Source: Prochlorococcus marinus subsp. pastoris str. CCMP1986
GTDB lineage: Bacteria > Cyanobacteriota > Cyanobacteriia > PCC-6307 > Cyanobiaceae
Assembly: GCF_000011465.1 (NCBI RefSeq)
Contig: NC_005072.1
Coordinates: 570,001 to 602,000, forward strand
Reading direction: 5' to 3'
Length of the DNA stretch: 32,000 nucleotides
Shown: positions 30,256 to 32,000 of the stretch, piece by piece
How the letters are laid out: each line of letters starts with the position of its first letter
Numbering within the stretch: position 1 is the first letter of the stretch
Made by a program: the position numbers and the translations under genes
Notes under the pieces: generated by a model
What the model was told of the DNA's origin: nothing
Database searches by the model: none
The model's input: the letters and a program-made list of their open reading frames with translations, nothing else

Positions 30256-30798
30256 ATGGCGGGATATGTTTACCTCATAAGAGTTGGAGATCTTTATCGT
30301 ATTGGTAAGGCAGATAATCTTGATAAGAAAATTAGAAAACTCAAGCCAGATGAATTACTTACTTCCATCATGACTAAAGAACCTGAAACACTTGAAGCAA
30401 GGTTATTGAGAAAATATAAATCCCAAAGAATTCCTGAAACGGGATATTTGAAGCTCACTAAAAGACAAATATCTGAATGTAAAAAACAATTTGACTTAAA
30501 AGGAAATTTACCGCATACACTTGATGCTGAGGTCTCCATAACTTTATTTGCATCTTTTTTATTATTTGGAACAAATTTTTTAATTCTTAATTACTTTAAT
30601 GTTGGATTTTTAAGAAATATTTCCTATTCATTCGGTTTTGCCTCGATACCTATGATAATTTTGTTTCTAACAGGTAGTTTTGGAGGATATTTCTCTGATG
30701 ATTTATCTCTATTTTCGTTATTAACAAATCGAATAAAAGGTTTATTTATAGCTATTGCGATGATAACAATGGCTTTTTTAATGTTCAGACTAAATTAA
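30256..30798 (+). CDS. T5orf172/MUG113 (GIY-YIG-derived) domain fused to three predicted TM helices
   Basis: N-terminal GYVYLIRVGDLYRIGKADNLDKKIRKL...LEARLLRKYKSQRIPETGYLKL matches the T5orf172 pattern. The C-terminal hydrophobic stretches are ITLFASFLLFGTNFLILNYF, FGFASIPMIILFLTGSFGGYF and GLFIAIAMITMAFLMF. Confidence 0.6.
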   Translation: MAGYVYLIRVGDLYRIGKADNLDKKIRKLKPDELLTSIMTKEPETLEARLLRKYKSQRIPETGYLKLTKRQISECKKQFDLKGNLPHTLDAEVSITLFASFLLFGTNFLILNYFNVGFLRNISYSFGFASIPMIILFLTGSFGGYFSDDLSLFSLLTNRIKGLFIAIAMITMAFLMFRLN

Positions 30799-31502
30799 AT
30801 TTCATAATTACAATTTAATGCTATTTCAAATGGAACTGACTGCATTGGTAATTTTAGTATTGTAGAACATATTTCAGCTATATCCCCTGGTTGAGTCATT
30901 TTTGACTTTTCTATGGATGATATTTTCTCAGCCATTTTTGTATTAACCCAACTAGGACAAATAGCAGTAACTCTAATATTTTCTTCCCAACCTTTGTTCT
31001 TCATCGTTTGACAAAGGCTCATTAAAGCAAATTTTGATGAGGAATATGCTGCTAAATCTCCCTTGGACCTTTTGCCGCTCATTGAAACTAAAACGATAAT
31101 TCTTCCATTATTTGATTGACTTAAGTGCTTCCAGGAAATTCTGCATAAATGCCATATGGCTAAAAAATTTATATTAAAAGTATTTAAAATCTCTTCTTCA
31201 TCCCCATCTTTATATAAAAAAGGAACTTTTGAAAGGACTCCAGAACAGTTTATTAAAGTATCAAAACCTCCAAATTTACTAACTGTATTTTCTACCCACT
31301 TTTTGGCGGAAAATTTATCTAATGCATCATATTTATTTAGGAGTATTTTTTCATTAGTCCAATTATTAGGATCAATAACGCTTCCTTTAACAGACTCTAA
31401 ATCTCTTAGCCCAATACTAATTCTATTTCCTGCTTTTAGTTCTTTATGTGCAATATTTAGTCCAATTCCGCTATTGGCACCACTTATCAAAATAGTTCTC
31501 AT
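30795..31502 (-). CDS. Short-chain dehydrogenase/reductase (SDR)
   Basis: Cofactor motif ISGANSGIG, NCSG and catalytic YSSSKFA (YxxxK); 235 aa. Confidence 0.85.
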   Translation of the reverse strand: MRTILISGANSGIGLNIAHKELKAGNRISIGLRDLESVKGSVIDPNNWTNEKILLNKYDALDKFSAKKWVENTVSKFGGFDTLINCSGVLSKVPFLYKDGDEEEILNTFNINFLAIWHLCRISWKHLSQSNNGRIIVLVSMSGKRSKGDLAAYSSSKFALMSLCQTMKNKGWEENIRVTAICPSWVNTKMAEKISSIEKSKMTQPGDIAEICSTILKLPMQSVPFEIALNCNYEI

Positions 31503-31514
31503 TTTAAATTTTAA

Positions 31515-32000
31515 TTATATATTTGGTAAAACTATCCTCAATAACATTCTTAGTTCTTTACCATGCATAATCATTAACCCTTTTTTTACACTCCAAGGGG
31601 CCCTTATAAACATTATGCACATTGCATACACGATTTCCCTTAAGGATAATGTATCAGTTAGAAATCCATACCATTGAGTTTTAGGTAATTTAAAGAAACT
31701 ACCAAAAAATTCTCTTAATAGTTTTTCATCGAATCTCATAAGTTTTTCCAAACCAAATTGGTAGATTGATTTCTTTCTTATTAATTCTTTAGGCCATAAA
31801 CTCTCCCAGCCTTTTCTGGCAATATGATAAGTACTTAATTTCTTATCATTCATTGCAGTTGATATAGCTTTTGCCACTAGTGGAGCTCTCCTTAAAACAT
31901 TACCAATTAGATATCCTGATGCTGGGTGAACCATTGAAGCTGCTCCACCGTACCCCAATACTTGTTGTTTAAAATCTGGGATAGGCATATTCATGGGTAA
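31515..32000 (-). CDS. crtL: CrtL-type lycopene cyclase, C-terminal part (N-terminus lies beyond the 3' window edge)
   Basis: LGYGGAASMVHPASGYLI is the conserved CrtL segment. The frame is open to the window end, so the Met at 31994 is internal. I cannot tell beta from epsilon specificity. Confidence 0.8.
   Translation of the reverse strand, partial: LPMNMPIPDFKQQVLGYGGAASMVHPASGYLIGNVLRRAPLVAKAISTAMNDKKLSTYHIARKGWESLWPKELIRKKSIYQFGLEKLMRFDEKLLREFFGSFFKLPKTQWYGFLTDTLSLREIVYAMCIMFIRAPWSVKKGLMIMHGKELRMLLRIVLPNI

Noticed and set aside
809-31677. Eleven shorter ORFs in the supplied track that lie antisense to or inside longer genes: 809-1072(-), 2176-2373(-), 14582-14791(+), 15833-16096(-), 16479-16664(-), 16894-17190(-), 20255-20446(-), 28320-28532(-), 29973-30188(+), 30294-30539(-) and 31156-31677(+).
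   Set aside because: Each is embedded in, or straddles, genes with strong family motifs on the opposite strand. Their products are low-complexity or Ser/Leu/Phe/Ile-rich, with no recognisable domain. This is typical of shadow ORFs in AT-rich DNA.
1-32000. A search for CRISPR arrays, tRNA/rRNA genes, transposases or integrases, prophage blocks, toxin-antitoxin pairs or a defence island.
   Set aside because: There are no direct-repeat/spacer arrays, and no GC-rich structured segments of tRNA size in the spacers. No recombinase-like ORFs are present, and nearly every gene is a recognisable housekeeping gene. The window behaves as core chromosome, except for the small hisS-pcb pocket and a few orphan ORFs.

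Overview
The window is strongly AT-rich and tightly packed. It reads as core chromosome of a marine picocyanobacterium, most likely a high-light-adapted Prochlorococcus. That is an inference from the divinyl-chlorophyll a/b antenna gene pcb, the phylloquinone, plastoquinone and carotenoid genes, and the extreme compaction. I support about 35 protein-coding genes:
- a Mn-type ABC importer (mntCAB-like)
- lepB, menD-menB and glgA
- peptidoglycan genes (murF, glmU, amiC-like, murI)
- aroA, a comB-like phosphatase and a Nit-family hydrolase
- solanesyl-diphosphate synthase, acs, hisS and pcb
- a GltS-like symporter, a GST-like protein, an SDR and a truncated CrtL-type lycopene cyclase
- several conserved hypotheticals that I assign to families from memory (DUF697, DUF4336, DUF760, DUF752, DUF1350)

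I found no rRNA, tRNA, CRISPR array, transposase, integrase or obvious defence island. I see no clear multi-gene novel system. These loci most deserve follow-up:
- a 137-aa membrane protein with Gly at every fifth residue, an HGHEHH patch and a Cys/His tail
- a membrane-anchored T5orf172/GIY-YIG-like protein
- a cluster of tiny ORFs plus about 320 nt of non-coding DNA, with an 11-bp perfect inverted repeat, upstream of pcb
- a comB-like gene whose conserved N-terminus has no canonical start codon
- a DnaQ-like exonuclease with unusual terminal extensions
- five convergent gene pairs whose stop codons abut or overlap

All family calls rest on motif recognition by eye and need database confirmation.
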